Assembly: GCA_028534125.1 (NCBI GenBank)
Contig: CM052816.1
Location: 2,606,001 to 2,670,000, forward strand
Direction of reading: 5' to 3'
Source of the DNA: Lama glama
Lineage: Eukaryota
DNA: 64,000 nt
Below the pieces are notes generated by a model. It had not been told where the DNA came from. It searched no databases and saw nothing but the letters and a program-made list of their open reading frames with translations. Positions 48,276-62,679 of this stretch are shown here, piece by piece (within the stretch, counting starts at the first letter, position 1; each line of letters starts with the position of its first letter). The position numbers and the translations under genes are program-made.

Positions 48276-50694
48276 GTCAACTGGCATTCTTTTCATGCTT
48301 TTCTGGGTTTTTTAAAATCTATTTTCTTATAATGAATCATATCGTTTCAATTCATAATCAGAAGACAGTGGTATTCAAAAAATTTTGAAATAAATATGAC
48401 TTCTGTTCAACCAAGAAAAGAGAGAAGAGTAAAGAAAAGAGATGGAGGAAGGAAGAGGAAAAGGAAGGGTCCAAGAATGCCAATAAGGGACATTTTAGAA
48501 GCATGGAGTACTGAAATTCAGGCCTTTCTGTCCAACACAAGCCATCTGGTGACTACATCTGAACAAGCTCTATGAAAATTTTTCCCATGGAGTTTTCTGC
48601 CACGATTCCAGAGTTCACCTAAGCGGGCACATGGGTGGATTTAACCTGAACAGAGCAGGGACAGCAGTGGGAGGAGGAAAGGAGGAATAATCCTGTGGCA
48701 AAGGTGCGGGGGCATTAAGGGTGAAAGACAGCAAGGACCCCTTCCCACATTCCTCGTCCTTCTCTCAGGACTGGACTCTAAGTCTGCAGTTAGACAAGGC
48801 TCACACACAAGTTAAACCAGAGATGCAGTTCCACTCCCCAATCCCAAGGGCTCCCAGTCAGCCCTTAGCCTTCTATAGGGAGCTTCCAAACCCCTAGCCA
48901 TGGTTTAATTAATTTTCTGAAAAAAGTGACTGGTTCATATGACAGCAATAAACATCCAATTACGTTAATTAACAGTGCAACATCAGTGTCCTCAATGGCA
49001 CATTCAGATGCTGCCACCTTTGTGCTGGCATCAGTTTGGTCCTGGAGACCAGAAAGGGCCATTACACTAGAAGGAGGACCAAAGGCGGGTGGGGGCACCA
49101 TACACACTACACTGAGATAATCAGCTTGGGAGAATTCACACTCCAAAGAGCACTGCCCAGAGAAGGGTCTTAGAGACCCAGATGAAAGGGTTTCAGTGTG
49201 GCTGGGTGTGGCATTTTTATTTTGCCGATGGCCTGGAAGGAAACCATCAGCTTGACGGACACAGAGCATCCCTTGGGTTCCAGGACAGAGTCTCTGCAGT
49301 GACTTTCCGAGTCTGCTTCCTCGCTTCCCTTCTCATTGTTCTCTCTGGCTTTCTCACCGCACCCTCGACTCCACCCCAACAACTACAGTCATCTTCAATT
49401 TCACGTTAATTCTGAAAAGAGTCAAAGGGGAACAAAAAGCAATCTTTGCCTCTTCCACTCAAGTGAAAAACCCTGACGGGACCACAGCTCCTGACGAGGC
49501 ACTTGCTTTAGGGCCTGGAGACAAAGCAAAACGTTCTCAGGAACACTCAGAGGTTAGGTCCCGGAGATAAAGCAATGGGATTAAATCTTGATAGATTTTT
49601 GTTTTAAGAGTGAAAGTGGGGGTGGTGGAGGCGGGGGGAGCTCTTGTTTGCCTGGATACAAAGAGTGCCGTGGGCAATCCCTGCTTAATCAGGATCTTGA
49701 TGAGCCTCTTCCCCCTCCCAGGACGGAGACGCCAAGGGAGAGTCTCTCTGCAGCAGCCTCGGGCCCATTCCCACATGCTTGCTCCATCCCTGCCACTCCA
49801 CTGGACCCTGCCCTGGGAAACAGCTGTTTCATTATTCCAGCAATCTTATGAAAATTGTTTGTGACTTCAATTTGAAGATTACAAATATAAAACCCTAGCC
49901 CCACCCAGTCCCAGAAGACAGCAGGCAAAGTTGATCACTGTCAAATGCCTTCCATACCTTTATGGGGAACTATTATTCCCTTAAAGAAATTAATCATCTT
50001 TTCCACTTTAAGGATGGAGAAAAAGAGACCCAAAAAGTGAAGTAATTTGCCCAAGGTCATTCTCCAAATGGATTACAGTTCCCTCTAACAGATACACAGT
50101 GTTCAGAACCAGAAGAGAATGGAACGGGGTGGGACAACAGGACAGCATGCTTGCTGGGCGCTGGGGCTGGACCTGGAGAGCCCAGGTTTTGAGTTTGGTA
50201 GTGTTAAGATAGGGAGGACTCTTTGTTACTATTTATTTCATGTCACTGTATTTGAAAAGGCTGAAAAAAAGGTGACTACTTAGGACCAAAAAGTACAGAA
50301 GTGCACACATAGAAATGAAATAGAAGAGGTCATGCTGGCCTGATTTGAGATTCAGATGTATTCTGGTTACACAAGATAAAGAAGAGAAAAAAAAAAAGGT
50401 CTTAATCTGATATACAGAAAACAAAGATTGCAATTAATGCTGAGAAAGGAGTCAAAATATTCAGCTATATTCACAGTTCACTAATTTCCAGAGCAACCTT
50501 GATCGTTTCATCTAACCTCTCCAGTGTACAATTCTTCCATATGTTTAAGGATGCTCAGACATCCCTTCTCCATTGCCAGGGTCTGTATGAGATAAGAACC
50601 AAATGGCACACATCCAGGAGAACTTCACACAAACTTCAGATGGCCCCAGATATGCTGGAGCAGTTGAAGGTACGGCAGCACATAGAGAATAATG

Positions 50695-50940
50695 GCTACT
50701 GTTAATAAGTTTCTAACACGTCCTAGGCTCTAGGCCATGTACTTGGCAAACTATCCCCATTCAATCTTCAAATATTGTACAAAGGAGGTACTAGCTTCAT
50801 TCTAGATTAAAAGGTGAAGAAGCTGAAGCTCAGAGATGTTACGATTTTTGCCTGAGGGTCATACAGTGAGTAGGTGACAGAGTCAGGATTCAAAGCTAAA
50901 TGTGTCTAATTCTAGAGCTCAAGTGCTCACACATGAGGCA
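50695..50940 (-). mobile_element. MIR SINE
   Basis: gaagctgaagctcagagatgtta...ggtcatacag...gtgacagagtcaggattcaaa. Confidence 0.8.
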
Positions 50941-51674
50941 ATGAATTCTACATGGCAACAGCGCTCCGGTGTAACCCAGACAAACTGGAGCACACCTCCA
51001 CTGAACACAGTATGAAAAACACCAACGTGGAACACATTCGTGTGAAAGGAACAGAACTTCTAGTCCTAAAAAAAAAAAACAAAAAAAAAAACCCATCAGT
51101 ATGGACTCAGTGGCCTCTCAGATCAGAGCCTGCAGGCAAAGAGGGCAGGTGGAGGGCCGTGTTGGACAAGGCGGCGCTTGGGGCAGACACAGCCCCGGAA
51201 CAGCCCTGCCACCCCACAAATCAGCGACGGCTCCCTCCGCTTGAGTTCATTCCAAACAAATCCATTAGAAGCACCATCTTAATGAATATTTTATACAGTT
51301 ATGACATAGAGAGTCCCATTTAGGGGGGACTCTGAGTAAAGGCTGAGACAATGAACTACTAAAATAGCCAACTAATCATCAAGGCCAATAGAAATCTGGT
51401 CAGGGGACACAATAATTTTACACAAAGAAAAAAAATGCAAGTCTTAAACTCTCCTCTTGCTGAGTTAAGAATTCTTTTTTTTTTTTAAACACCAACTACC
51501 ATGTTCAAACACCGCCATCCACCAACAAAAGTCACCTATTTGGATACTGAATTTGTTTTCCTTTGGCCTCTTCGTAGTTTCTGAAGAAAAGGACCATACA
51601 GATTTATGTATTTTTCTTAAATTAAGTCTATTTCTGAACCCTTAGCAAAGGCGTGTGCATGCATGGGCGCGCGC

Positions 51675-51678
<4 letters not shown>

Positions 51679-51710
<32 letters not shown>
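51679..51710. repeat. (CA)16 microsatellite preceded by (GC)4
   Basis: Direct reading. Confidence 0.97.
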
Positions 51711-51712
<2 letters not shown>

Positions 51713-51894
51713 TAAACAAACATGTCTTAACTTACTTCCCCCAGAAACAGAAAGTGAAGAGAACCCTAAGGGACAAATTCAGTGGCAGCCTGTGTCCAAG
51801 GCCCCTTTTCCCAGTCTTGCGCCTCTCGCAGGAAAACAGGGCACAGCTCAAGGGCTTTGGAGGAAAAAGAGGGCTGAGCCTATAAAAAAGAGGG

Positions 51895-53885
51895 CAAACC
51901 GGTGGCCTGTGTGTTAAAGGCAACTTGCAGATGTGTTCTGTTTGCTCCCCCAGGCTGGTCTGTCTACTGTTTTTAAGAAATTTAAAATCAGTGTTAACAC
52001 TGAAACATGTAGAGATTTCATAAACATTTTGAGTTTCTGACTACTCCTGAACAATTAGGAGGTCTGGAGGGAGGAGACCTACATTCCTGCACAGTGACAG
52101 CCAGCTGGAGCTGAGTCCGAGCTCACAGAGGGGCCAGCCTCCCCAGTTCCCAGGCTCCGCCACGTCCCCTTGACAGGAAGGCAGGATGGTTTGCCATTTG
52201 TCATACCCTTAAATGGTTGTTTCCCTTCAAGTAGAAATGAAAGCACACGCACATAAACCAGTGGAACAGAATACAGAGCCCAGAAGTAAACTCATGTATA
52301 CATGGTCAACTAATTATTGACAAGTGTGTCAAGAACACACAATGGGGAAAGGATAGCCTTTTCAATAAACAGTGTTGGGAAATCTGGATAGCCACATGCA
52401 AAACAAATCAAAACAAAACAAAAACGAAGAAAAACAAAAAACTGGACTGCTATCTTAGACTACCAACAAAAATTAACTTGAAATGGAACAACGATTTAAA
52501 AATAAGACCTGAAACTGTAAAACTCCAGAAGAAAACATGGGGGAAAGATCCCTGACCTTAGTCTTGTCAACGATTTCTTGCACAAGATTCCAACAGCAGA
52601 GGCAGCTAAACTAACAGAAATAAATAGGACTATATTAAAACACAGAGCTTCTGCACCGGTAAGGAAACAATGAATGAACTGAAAAGGCAGCCTATGGAAT
52701 GGGAGAAAATATTCACAAATCATGTATCTGATAAGGGGTTAGCATCCAAAATATAGTAAAGAACTCACACAACTCAATAGCGAAAAAGGAAATAATCCAA
52801 CTTAAAAATGGGCTAAGGATCTAAAAAGATTTTACCAAAGAAAACATACAACTGGCCAATAGGTATATGAGCAAAGGGTGCTCAACATCCTTCATCATCA
52901 TCAGAATTCAAATCAGAACCACAGTGAGATATCACCTCACACTTGTCAGAAAGGCTATCATCAAAAAAGACAAATAACAAATGTTGGCAAGGATGTGGTA
53001 CAAAAGGGAACTCTTTTGCACTTCCAGTGGGGATGTAAATGGTACAGCCATTACAGAAAAGAATATGGCAGTTCCTCAAAAAAGTAAAAATTGAACTACA
53101 TATGATCCAGTGAATCTACTCCTGGGTACGTATCTGAAGGAACTGAAATCAGGATCTTAAAGAGAGATCTGCACACCCACGTTCATTACAGCCCTATTTA
53201 TAATAGACAAGATACATAAGTAGCCTACGTGTCTGTCAACAGATAAATGGATCAAGATGATGTGGTACGCATATATAGTGGAATATTATAAAGCCACAAG
53301 GAAGAAGAAAATCTGGCCATTTCCAACAATATGGATGGACCTTGAAGGTGTTATGCTAAGTGAGGAAAGCCAGATAGAGAAAGACAGATACTGTATGATA
53401 CCATTTGTATGTGCAACCTAAAAAATGCTGAACTTCTGAAAACAGAGTAGAATGGTGGTTTCTAGGAGCTGGGGGTAGGGGTATGGGAAATGGGGAGATG
53501 GTATTTTAAGGGTACAAACTTGCAACTAGCGCATAAGTAAGTCCTTGAGACCTAATGCACAGCATAGTGATTTTAGTCATTAATACTATATTATACACTT
53601 CAAAGTTGCTAAGGGACCAAGTCTTAATTGTTCTCACCACAAAGAAATAATTATGTGATGGATAGAATAGCTAATGTGATTGTAATGATGTCACAATACA
53701 TAAATGTATCAAACCAACACGTTGTCCACCTCATACTTAAAGAATGCTGTATGTCAATTCTATCTCAATTTTTAAATTAATTAATTAAAGCAAACTATGT
53801 TTCGTACCCACATCTATCTAAAGTGGGGAAATGAATAGCAGACTGGGATATTCACGTATTGGAAGAAAAATGGGGTGACACCTAA
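51895..53885. mobile_element. MER102-like element split by an L1
   Basis: gcagatgtgttctgtttg...gagatttcataaa...cagctggagctgagt (to ~52242); resumes gtttcgtacccacatctatctaaagtgggg (~53790-53885). Confidence 0.7.
52243..53782 (+). mobile_element. L1MA9-like LINE-1 3' ~1.5 kb
   Basis: ORF2 C-terminal remnant, then 3'UTR ctaatgcacagcatagtga...aaagttgctaag...gttctcaccac...tgtcaattctatctcaat. Confidence 0.92.
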
Positions 53886-54392
53886 AGCTTAGCTCCCTGT
53901 TGGAGTGAAGAATATACATTTGTGTTTAACATGCAAACAAAACCTGGCTGGCTTAGCCTGGTTCTCACCTGGCCCCGCAGGCTTTTAAAACTGACATCTT
54001 TGCCTAAAGTCACTGAAGATCTTTGGAAATCGGTCTTTATCCCCATAGTTTTCATTTCTGTAATTCTGTGTGCCTTCCTTAGGACATGGCACAGTCCCAA
54101 GCACAGAAGAGGTGCCAGCAAATAAAACGTATTATGAACTAAAATTACATTGTGCCCTTTTCCCCTTCTCCACTTGATTTCTGTGTGCCAACTACCTCAC
54201 ATCATCATCCTTCCTTCTTGCTGGTTTAAGATTCCTTTTAGAGCCTTTTTTTGCTCTAAAGCTTTATTTCATGATCAATTAGACTAGAAAGGACCTGTAA
54301 AGGAATCACATAAAGACTTTAGTGACTGGTTTGATAAAGTATTCACTTGGAGACAAGCCAAACTCAGATTTAAATGCCAGCTTAGCACTCAC

Positions 54393-54698
54393 TATCTTAG
54401 CTTGAGTTTTCCAATAGCAGAGCCTGAGGTGAAGATGTGGTGTGTGTAGGTAGTTTATTGGGAGAATGTGATCCCCCACATGAGGGGCAGAGAGATAAAA
54501 CAGGGAAAAGAGGAAAAATCAATGAGATAAAGTGTTAACTGCTACAGGCGACTGGCTACTTCACACAGGACCTTCTGAGGAGTCTTGCGGAATGTGTGTC
54601 AGAACCGTCAGCCAGGGACAAAAGCCTTTATCCATCAGCTCCCGCCCCCATTGGCAGGTCCCAGAAAGGTGAGGTGCCGTCCAAAGGGTGTCCTGTAC
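54393..54698 (-). mobile_element. LTR16-like (ERVL) LTR inside a plus-strand MIR (~54320-54392 and ~54700-54870)
   Basis: gcagagcctgag...gtagtttattgggag...tttatccatcagctccc; MIR halves on both sides. Confidence 0.7.
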
Positions 54699-54984
54699 AA
54701 TGACTGTAGTCAAATACTTCAATTTTGGAAACCTCATTTTCCCCTTCTATTAACGGGACAAACTTAGTGCTTCCCTTTGAGGAAGGTAGGGAGACTATAA
54801 TGAAATAACCCTTGTAAAGCTGGTAGCAAAATGCCCAGCACATAGTACATGCTGATGAATGGCTGTTTCGAATATACGCTCTTCACTCCTGGACTGTACC
54901 CTATGGAGGACCTTTATCTGCCAGGTCTAAAGCAATAGTCAATGAAACCCAACAATGGTAATTACAATCTCAGCCTTCACTCAG

Positions 54985-55270
54985 CAACAGATTCCAAACC
55001 GGCTGCTGCTAGGCCAGTTCTGTCCCCTAGACATGTCGTCTTTTGCCCCCTGCCATAAACATAAATATACATATACATATATTTACGTACACACATTTCT
55101 ATTTATATATATACACACATATATATAGAAATTGGTTGCTAACATTGAAAAATCACACAAAAAATCATACAAAATTCAGATTTCCTGCTTACCCTTGAAA
55201 AACAGAAAAGGTCTGACCCCACCAAGCTGGCATTCCCACTGTCAGCTGGGCTGAGCAGGGGTGACCCTTT
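54985..55270. mobile_element. MER102-like element
   Basis: ttggttgctaacattgaaaaatc...aaaattcagatttcctgctt...gctgggctgagc. Confidence 0.75.
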
Positions 55271-56114
55271 CAACTTAAGAAAGGCAAGGCCCCTGGAAAC
55301 TCTGCCTGGACCCAGGGAAGAAAAACGCCGGAAAGGACAAGGCCTTTATTTTTCAGTGAGACAGCTGAAGAGCCACCCCGAGGCCTGTGGAACACAATGC
55401 CCCTGTGATGGAGAGCTAAGTGAATCCTGCTGAGGTGAGAGTGTGTGGTTCCAGCGAGCCTGGCTATTACCAACCTGAGGCTGAGGTCACCCCAGCTGCT
55501 CCCGGCGCCTGCAACTCTGTTTATTTCATTCTGCTTCATACCAGAGATTTATTTTTATGAACAGTGAACATTTTTTGTAACATTCCCTCATTTAACCTTC
55601 ATTATCAAAGTCTCTGCCCAAAGCCCGTATAAGTCCCATTATTGCCCATACAACATTTTCCAACATAAACCATTTAAGACATTTTTTTCCCATTTTTATT
55701 TATTTCTTTTCTGTTACATTTCATTTGAAATGTGCATGGAGGAGCATGTGTCTTGTTTTTATGTTGTCTCATACAGACCATAAGCCCTAACGGTGGGGGC
55801 TGCCTATTTTGGTGGTTAACAAGCAGTGGGGACATTTATCACAAGGAGCAAACAACCAAGATATGCTGGCCTCTTTTTAAAAAGTACTAGAAAGGAGTTT
55901 TGGGTGACCGGGGAAATTAAAAGGAAAATAACCCAGCTTTTGTCTCTTCTGAAATCCAAGAGACTAAGAAACATGGTGGCTCCAACAAAAAGGAAAGCAG
56001 GAAAATCAGATGCAGTGTTGTAGTGTTCCTCCTCAAATCACCCATTAATACGCAAATTCTCCATGGACAGTGACAGTAAGTGTATCTCTAAATCTCTATT
56101 ATCTGGCCAGGGTC

Positions 56115-56610
56115 TGGTGCAAAGTGAGGAATTTAAAGTTTGTATTTGACTCTGAGAAACTCGACTGACTTCAGTCAAAATGGTTGTATGTTGACTTTCA
56201 TAGTGGAAAAGTTCAAGAGCTTTGGGCACATCTGTATGCAAGAACTAAAGCTGTGTCTTTAGGAGTCAGTCTCTCTCTCTCTCTCCCACACCCCCGACCC
56301 AAACACTCATTCTGCCTCTTCTTCTATTGGTTTTACTTTAAGCAGGCTCTCTTCTTTTGGTAGCCAGCAGTTCACCAGGAAGCCCCAGGCTTACATTTCT
56401 ATAAGCTCAGTAACTCTAGTAATAATGAATGAATGAATGAAAAGGAAGGAAGGAAGGAAGGAGAAAATACAGTAAAGAGAGGGAAAGAAAAATACAGGCT
56501 TCTCTTTTCCAGTACTTTCATCAGTTTGGATCCTGAGCAAATCACCATGGTCAGAGGTAAGGACTACATGAATCAGAAGGCCCACCCTAGCACAGGGACT
56601 TGTCCAGAGT
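56115..56610 (-). mobile_element. Old MLT1-type LTR with CT, GAAT and GGAA tracts
   Basis: ctctgcctc-like segment, caggctctc, gccccaggcttacatt, caaatcaccatggtcag. Confidence 0.55.
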
Positions 56611-56944
56611 GGAACGCATGCCAAGTTGTCATAAGCAGTGAGGTCCACCATAAAGGCATGGACGACGCTGTTGCGTGAAGAGAATGCCAAGAGTCAAGAG
56701 CCCTGGGGACCCTCCAGCTCGGGAGTAACCAGAGAGGCAGTCTCACATACCCAATTTAACCCATTACCACAAAGATGTACTGCATCTTACTACCTGCTAG
56801 GACTGTGCTAAAGCCTGAGAAAGCCCAGATCCAAAGCTACTGACAACTGTCAACAACTCTACCAACTGGTATGGGGCCACAGCCACAAACACAAGCCATT
56901 AGGAAATCTCGTGCTAAGGAAATAATGAAGAATATGTGCAAAGA

Positions 56945-57490
56945 GTATCTTTGAATTCCCCCAGAAATAGAACCTGAGATTAGGATTTGAGTACAAATGA
57001 CAGATATTTGGAAAAGTCATCTAGGAAACCCAGGCAGACCAACAGGGAAGTAAATTGGGGGAGGGAAGGATGCCAGTGCTCGGTGGGATGGGGCGGGCTA
57101 TTACACTAAAATTTATTTATACTATAAATATAAATATGTAAATATATCTTTAGAAAAATAAGTTATAGGTATTCAAGTTGGGAAATCTGGGAGCCACTGT
57201 AGAACATATGCCTTAAAATTATTTAACAGGCAAAAATAGTAAGGAATAGTAAGGAAACTGGGGTACTTATATATGTCTGTCTGTCACTGGCAGAAGGATG
57301 CTGGAGCATAGGGCAGTAATTCCCCAGGCATTTCTGGCCTGCCACATGTGAGGGCAGAGCGAACTTCCAAAGCCAAGGAAAGCCCTCAGGCAAAGAGATG
57401 CAGATGCCAGGTTGGCAGTCAGGCCAGCTGCACCGGAATGGTAGGGCCTGGGGTTATGGGCGGGACAGTGGCAGTATCTGATCTTCAAGT
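56945..57490 (-). mobile_element. LTR16-like LTR
   Basis: ttcccccagaaatagaacctgagattaggatttgagtacaa...ggaaagccctcaggcaaagagatgcag. Confidence 0.75.
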
Positions 57491-60149
57491 AGAAATCATT
57501 TTGCTGCTCTTTCCTAAAATAAGGAAATTGGACCTGAAATTCCCTGAGGGCCTAACCAACTCTAAAAGCTTAAGATGCAAGACCTCGTCTCCTAATCTTA
57601 CATTTTACACTTCCATGTCGGCATGTCTCAGGCTGGTTTTAAAACAATCTAAAAATGCATGGGAAATGGGTGGGTGTGAGAGAGGGAGGCAGCCGGCAGA
57701 GGGATAAGATTAATGATTTTGTGGTCAAAAAGTCCAGGGCTTCACACAAAAATGTATTAATCAAAACAGCCTAACTTGCTTAGAAACGATCTGCTTACAT
57801 TTAACCCTATGATCTCAGCCCCTGCACGTGTAAGGTAGGATCGCAGACTCGGACCATCACAAGACAACACTCCAAGCTGTGGAGTCACAGATGTGATAAA
57901 CGAGGTCACGGCGCGGGAATGAGCTCCTGCTGCTTTGGACCCCTGACCAAGTGCTCTCCCCTCTGCATGACCAGAGACAGGAAACCAAGGAGTGGATGTA
58001 GAAAAGCAGGCTTTATAGAGGAAACTGGCTTTTCTTCTATGTCCAGGGGCTTATTAGTCCTACACCACCTTCCCATTTCCAAAGCCTACTCCCAATCCAG
58101 GGAAACTGGCAATATTTGTTTTTATTATTTTTACCATTTGTTACCATTTGAAGTGTCTTAGTGGTTATTATGTAATCAGGGCCCCAAAATACTTTTGCAA
58201 CAGGCCCATGGCTCTACGGCTCCCCATCCCAACAAAAAGCCTGTTTCCCAGAAATCTGCCTGTAAAACCCAAACCCCCTGTGAACCCACACCAGGCCCTG
58301 TACTGGCGTGTGTGAGTTCCCAGGGACGGGTTTATCTTCTTCTCATTTCTTAAGATGTGTTCTGGTAAATTAGATCTCATCTCTAGTTTTTTCTTCCTTT
58401 TCTTTTTCCATTCCATAGAACACCACTATTGTTACTTCTAAATGAAGCTTAAGAATTGAATTTGATTGCAAAGGATGGAGCATTTAAAGTGGTAAGTCTG
58501 AGGACGGAAAAAATGAAAATCATATAATCCAATAATGAACCATGACAATGGAGGAGAAACTCTTCCTGGAAGCACTTGACAGTGAGCATCTCCAAATGCC
58601 TACGTGATCCACTCATTACAAAGAGCCACATTTCTCTCTCGGTCGAGCACAGGATCAAGCTCCATGCAGTGACAGTCCTCAGTATGCATGCACACAACAC
58701 TGGATGGCTTGCAGCTGCCTTCCTCCCTCCACTTGGGTAATTTTCCTAGAGAAGGACTTAATTTAGCAGATTTAGGGAGTGATTTGAGCATTGCTGAGCA
58801 CTCTCTGTTTTATTGGGAGTGGAGAAAGAACACCCTTTTCGTGGATAAATTTGACCTTGAAGCAAACATCTAACTTCTGTGGGTTTCTCTCAAGTCCCAG
58901 CACTTACCTCTAGGAGCAGGATTGCCTCTGAAAAAGGAGGCGTTATTAGTGTGGCTCAGTGGCTCAGAGAAATCGGAGTGGAAATGTTTTTTCTTGAATT
59001 GGGGTTTAGTATTGGTGGATAACAATAAATTTTTATTGAGAGATTATTATGTATTAGGTATGAATCTATGTACATTCCATGCCTTAATTCTTTCAAAACC
59101 TTAAAAAAAAAACCCATAGGGAAAATGCCATTAGTATTTCTATCTTACAAATGAAGAAACTGACCATATCTTCCTCTCTTCTTATTCACAGAAGAAATGC
59201 TAAAAACTACAACTAAATACTACTTCCACTATCATTGCTACTATGATGAATATTAATAATGTACCGATTGACTTGTTAGTGTAAGCATTATTGAACACAC
59301 AAAACTTAAAAAAGTGTTAGATATTACTGGTAAAAATAAGAGAAATAAGAAATCACACTCAGATATATCCAAAGAGTGTAAGGGTATAAGACATGAGCAA
59401 AAAGTTCACCATGAAAGAAATACCTTGGTTTATAAATATATGACAAAATGCTCAACTTCAGTTAAGACAAGCAATAAGGCACCATTTTGGTGTATCAGTT
59501 AAAATGTGAAAGACACTACCATGGAACATGTATTTTATTGGCTCCCAAATCATAATAAACCTTGTAGGTGGCTCAAATTGTTGGTTTCAATGCCCTTCAT
59601 AAAGAATACAATTGTTGTTGTATCTTTTTCTCTTTTATTCATCTTTTATCTCCAGGCTGCGATTTTCCCCGCTTTGGCCTCCTATTTCCCTCCAGCAACA
59701 ATGTTGGCGATGTCTGCACAGAATCCCTAACTCAAGCAATTGAATCAGAATGTTTTGGAGACTGTGTATGGAGCCTCAGAGAGGAAAGCTCCTGTGCATC
59801 TGAGTCCCCATGGAGAGAAACGCACAACAAGCAGTCTCGTGATGGCACTTAGCACTAAGCTCATAGGTTTAAATGCAGTATTCCCAAAGTTATCAACATT
59901 CTTTGAAAAGAGTTGCCCAGATGAGACTGGCAAAGCTATCTTTGCTTCTAAATACCAATCAAGAGAGGAACAAAAAAAAGAAGGGGAAGGCTATTTAATG
60001 GGCTTGATTCTCAGTTTGGATAAATTTTGATTTTTTAAATTTCCAAAAATATGTGGGCTATCTTCACCCTGAAATTTTTACCAGTATCATATCTTTTTCA
60101 CCTCGAATATAAAATTTTAAATATAAATAATAATGCTCTTTAGTGATCC

Positions 60150-60330
60150 TTTACACAGCTTATCACATTTAATTCTCATAACCTTATGACACTGTGCTAT
60201 TCTAATTCCCACTGAACAGATGAAGAAGTTAATGTTTAGAGATATTAAATAATTTGTCCAAAGTCACATGACAGAGATTTGATTCAAATCCAGGCATTCT
60301 CTTGCTGAAATCTAGATTCTTGAACACTGT
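60150..60330 (-). mobile_element. MIR SINE
   Basis: catttaattctcataacc...acagatgaagaa...aatttgtccaaagtcaca...attcaaatccagg. Confidence 0.8.
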
Positions 60331-60945
60331 TATTACATCTATGAACTCTTGCTGTGTCCAGAAAAGGGTTCTGTTTGCCCTCAGGATTCATTTCCATAGA
60401 GATGAATTTCCTTTCTTAGACTCTACTGCTCCTTTGGGTGAGACTGGTATTCAGTGATGCTTAGAGAGGGCAGAGAGCATCTTTTCTGCGCCTTCCTCAC
60501 CTCTAAGTTCTCCCCATGGACCACCTCCAAATGCTTCTCTGGGTTGGATGTGTTTCAAAATGTTCTCTTTCATCTCTGCGTCAAGAATGTTAATCAGTCC
60601 AAATCATCAAGCAAAATCCTCTGGAGACCAAAGAGAGTAGACCAAGTCCAGGGGTACCATCAGAGGTTTGGCGAAGACCACAAGGAAAAAGCCAGAGGTC
60701 TGCCATGTGTCATCAACTCTTCATAGATAATTACTACATGGCCTAAGAATATACAATAAAACCAACAGGGAAAAATTTTAGAGAAAGATTTCTGCTCCAT
60801 CTGGACTGAGCTTATTAATAACTGGAGTTTTCTCAGGAAGAAGGAAGTCAGATCCCCTGTCACTGAAAGCACGCAGGCAGAGGATGAATCATTATTTGAC
60901 AGAATGTAAAGAGATCTCAGAAGTCAAATAAGACCTAGACTAGTT

Positions 60946-61279
60946 CAGAAGTCTTCAACTTTGCTTTCTGATACATGGCCGTGGCCACAATCATTAGCAG
61001 TATATTCACAGGTAATTTGTTACTTACTGATACAGAACAATATCTGTGATCAATTTTTTAAATACATAAACTAAATCAGTTTCTTGATTATAAGCAACAA
61101 AAATTGCTGGACAGATACGGACTAGCAAAGAGATCTGAAAGAAAAGAATTGCACATATCCACAAACCAAATTATCTCCGTAGTGAGTCACCTTGACTGAG
61201 CCACATCAATTGGAGATTCTTATTCCTGTCTACATCATTCTTCTTTTTGTTATGGCAGAACGGAAGTTGAGAACTACTG
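60946..61279. mobile_element. hAT-Charlie-type MITE inserted in an L3/CR1 3' end (~60735-60945 and ~61280-61336)
   Basis: Terminal inverted repeats cagaagtcttcaact / agttgagaactactg; CR1 tail tatgattctgtgattcta follows. Confidence 0.65.
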
Positions 61280-61699
61280 CATGCTCGGTCTTTAAGATTT
61301 CCTCCAAGCCGGAGACACTATGATTCTGTGATTCTAAAGGAAGGGGAAACAACAGCACAGAGAAGAAGAGCTTCAGCCTCAGACCTCAACTGGGTTGTCT
61401 GAGGGCACAAGTAACCGGTCACGTTGCTAAAGCAAAGTGTCTGCAGTGTCATCTTTGGTTTCCTCTTAGGGTGTTGCAAGGGCTAAAACCATGGAGTTAC
61501 TTCACATCTAGAAGAAGTCAGGCCATCTGTGTGAGACTCCAGCAGAGAAATCCAGAGAGAGAGAAAGCCCTACCACTGACAGATGGGGTTAGACCAAGGA
61601 GCTATCTGAGGAAATTATTTGAACCAAGCACGACCTATGTGTATATGATGTGTGGGGGGTGGGGGAGAGGGAAAGCGGAGGAAACGCAGATAAACTTCC

Positions 61700-62635
61700 A
61701 AAAAGATCTGAAGCGAATGGCAGCGGAGCCAAGGTCCTGGGCTCAGGGGCATGTGGGATTACTGCGGCACCTGGGGCACAGGCGCACTGATGGCATTAGT
61801 GGCACCAGTGTCGGAGGTAAAAGCATATGGAGATCACCCACGGAACAGGGATCTGGGTTTCCCGGGCTCAGCAAGGTGACCTGGAGGGGGTGCAGGATAC
61901 AGTAATGGTACGGGCCCAGGGACGACAGCATGCACTGCTAGCCTGGGCCCAGGGGTGTCACAGCAGCACGTATCATCCACTTCTCCCTGCCACCCTGCGT
62001 CCTAACTCAGGCCCCTGAAACAGCAGTAGCACAGCCCTGACGATGGCAGGTCATATCTGTAACTTAGGACCCACGGTGCACATACAGAGCACCAGCTACA
62101 CAGCCCAAGTGACAGAGGGTCAAAGCCATCACTTAGGATCCACAAGGTGGGACACTGTGTAGTGGCAGCTCCAGTCCAGCAGACAGCAAGGCGCTGTGGT
62201 CTCCCATCATGGAGGGCAGGGAGCAGCAGCAACTCAGGCCCCTGGGGGCAGGTTTTAGCACCGCTCCAGCCCCAGGGGAGAGATGCAGCGGCAGGGACTC
62301 CAGGTAGCTGCATCAGCTGAGTTCAGCATCAGTGAGGATGGCGGGAATCCTCAGCAGCCAAGGCTGCATATGTCCACACGGGTGACAATCATTTCTGGGG
62401 CTCTCCTGTCCTCCCTTCCCCATGGGGTGCATCCCTCTGAGGGGATCCCTCTTGGGACTGAGCTGCTCCAGACTGTGGGTTGGGCTGATGCAGGGAAAAT
62501 GCTTCCTGCATGTCTCTATGCTGCAACCCTCAGTTACCACAGTCCCAGGTTTCTGCTGCTTTTTCATTGTAGTCCTAAGCTCTCCCAGAGCTATTTGCGT
62601 CAGTTTGCAACTATCCGTTGTTTTCATGGAAGAGA
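61700..62635 (-). mobile_element. GC-rich 5'UTR of an old L1 (L1M2/M3-like)
   Basis: agctctcccagagctattt..., ctgatgcagggaaaatgcttcct resemble old L1 5' ends; internal repeated caactcaggcccctg. Confidence 0.55.
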
Positions 62636-62679
62636 TATGTATAATTTTTAACTGTCAATTATACTTCAATAAAGCCAGA

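Noticed and set aside
51870..51930. TATAAAA downstream of the CA repeat as a core promoter
   Set aside because: Immediately followed by a MER102-like element and an L1; no CpG island or exon support.
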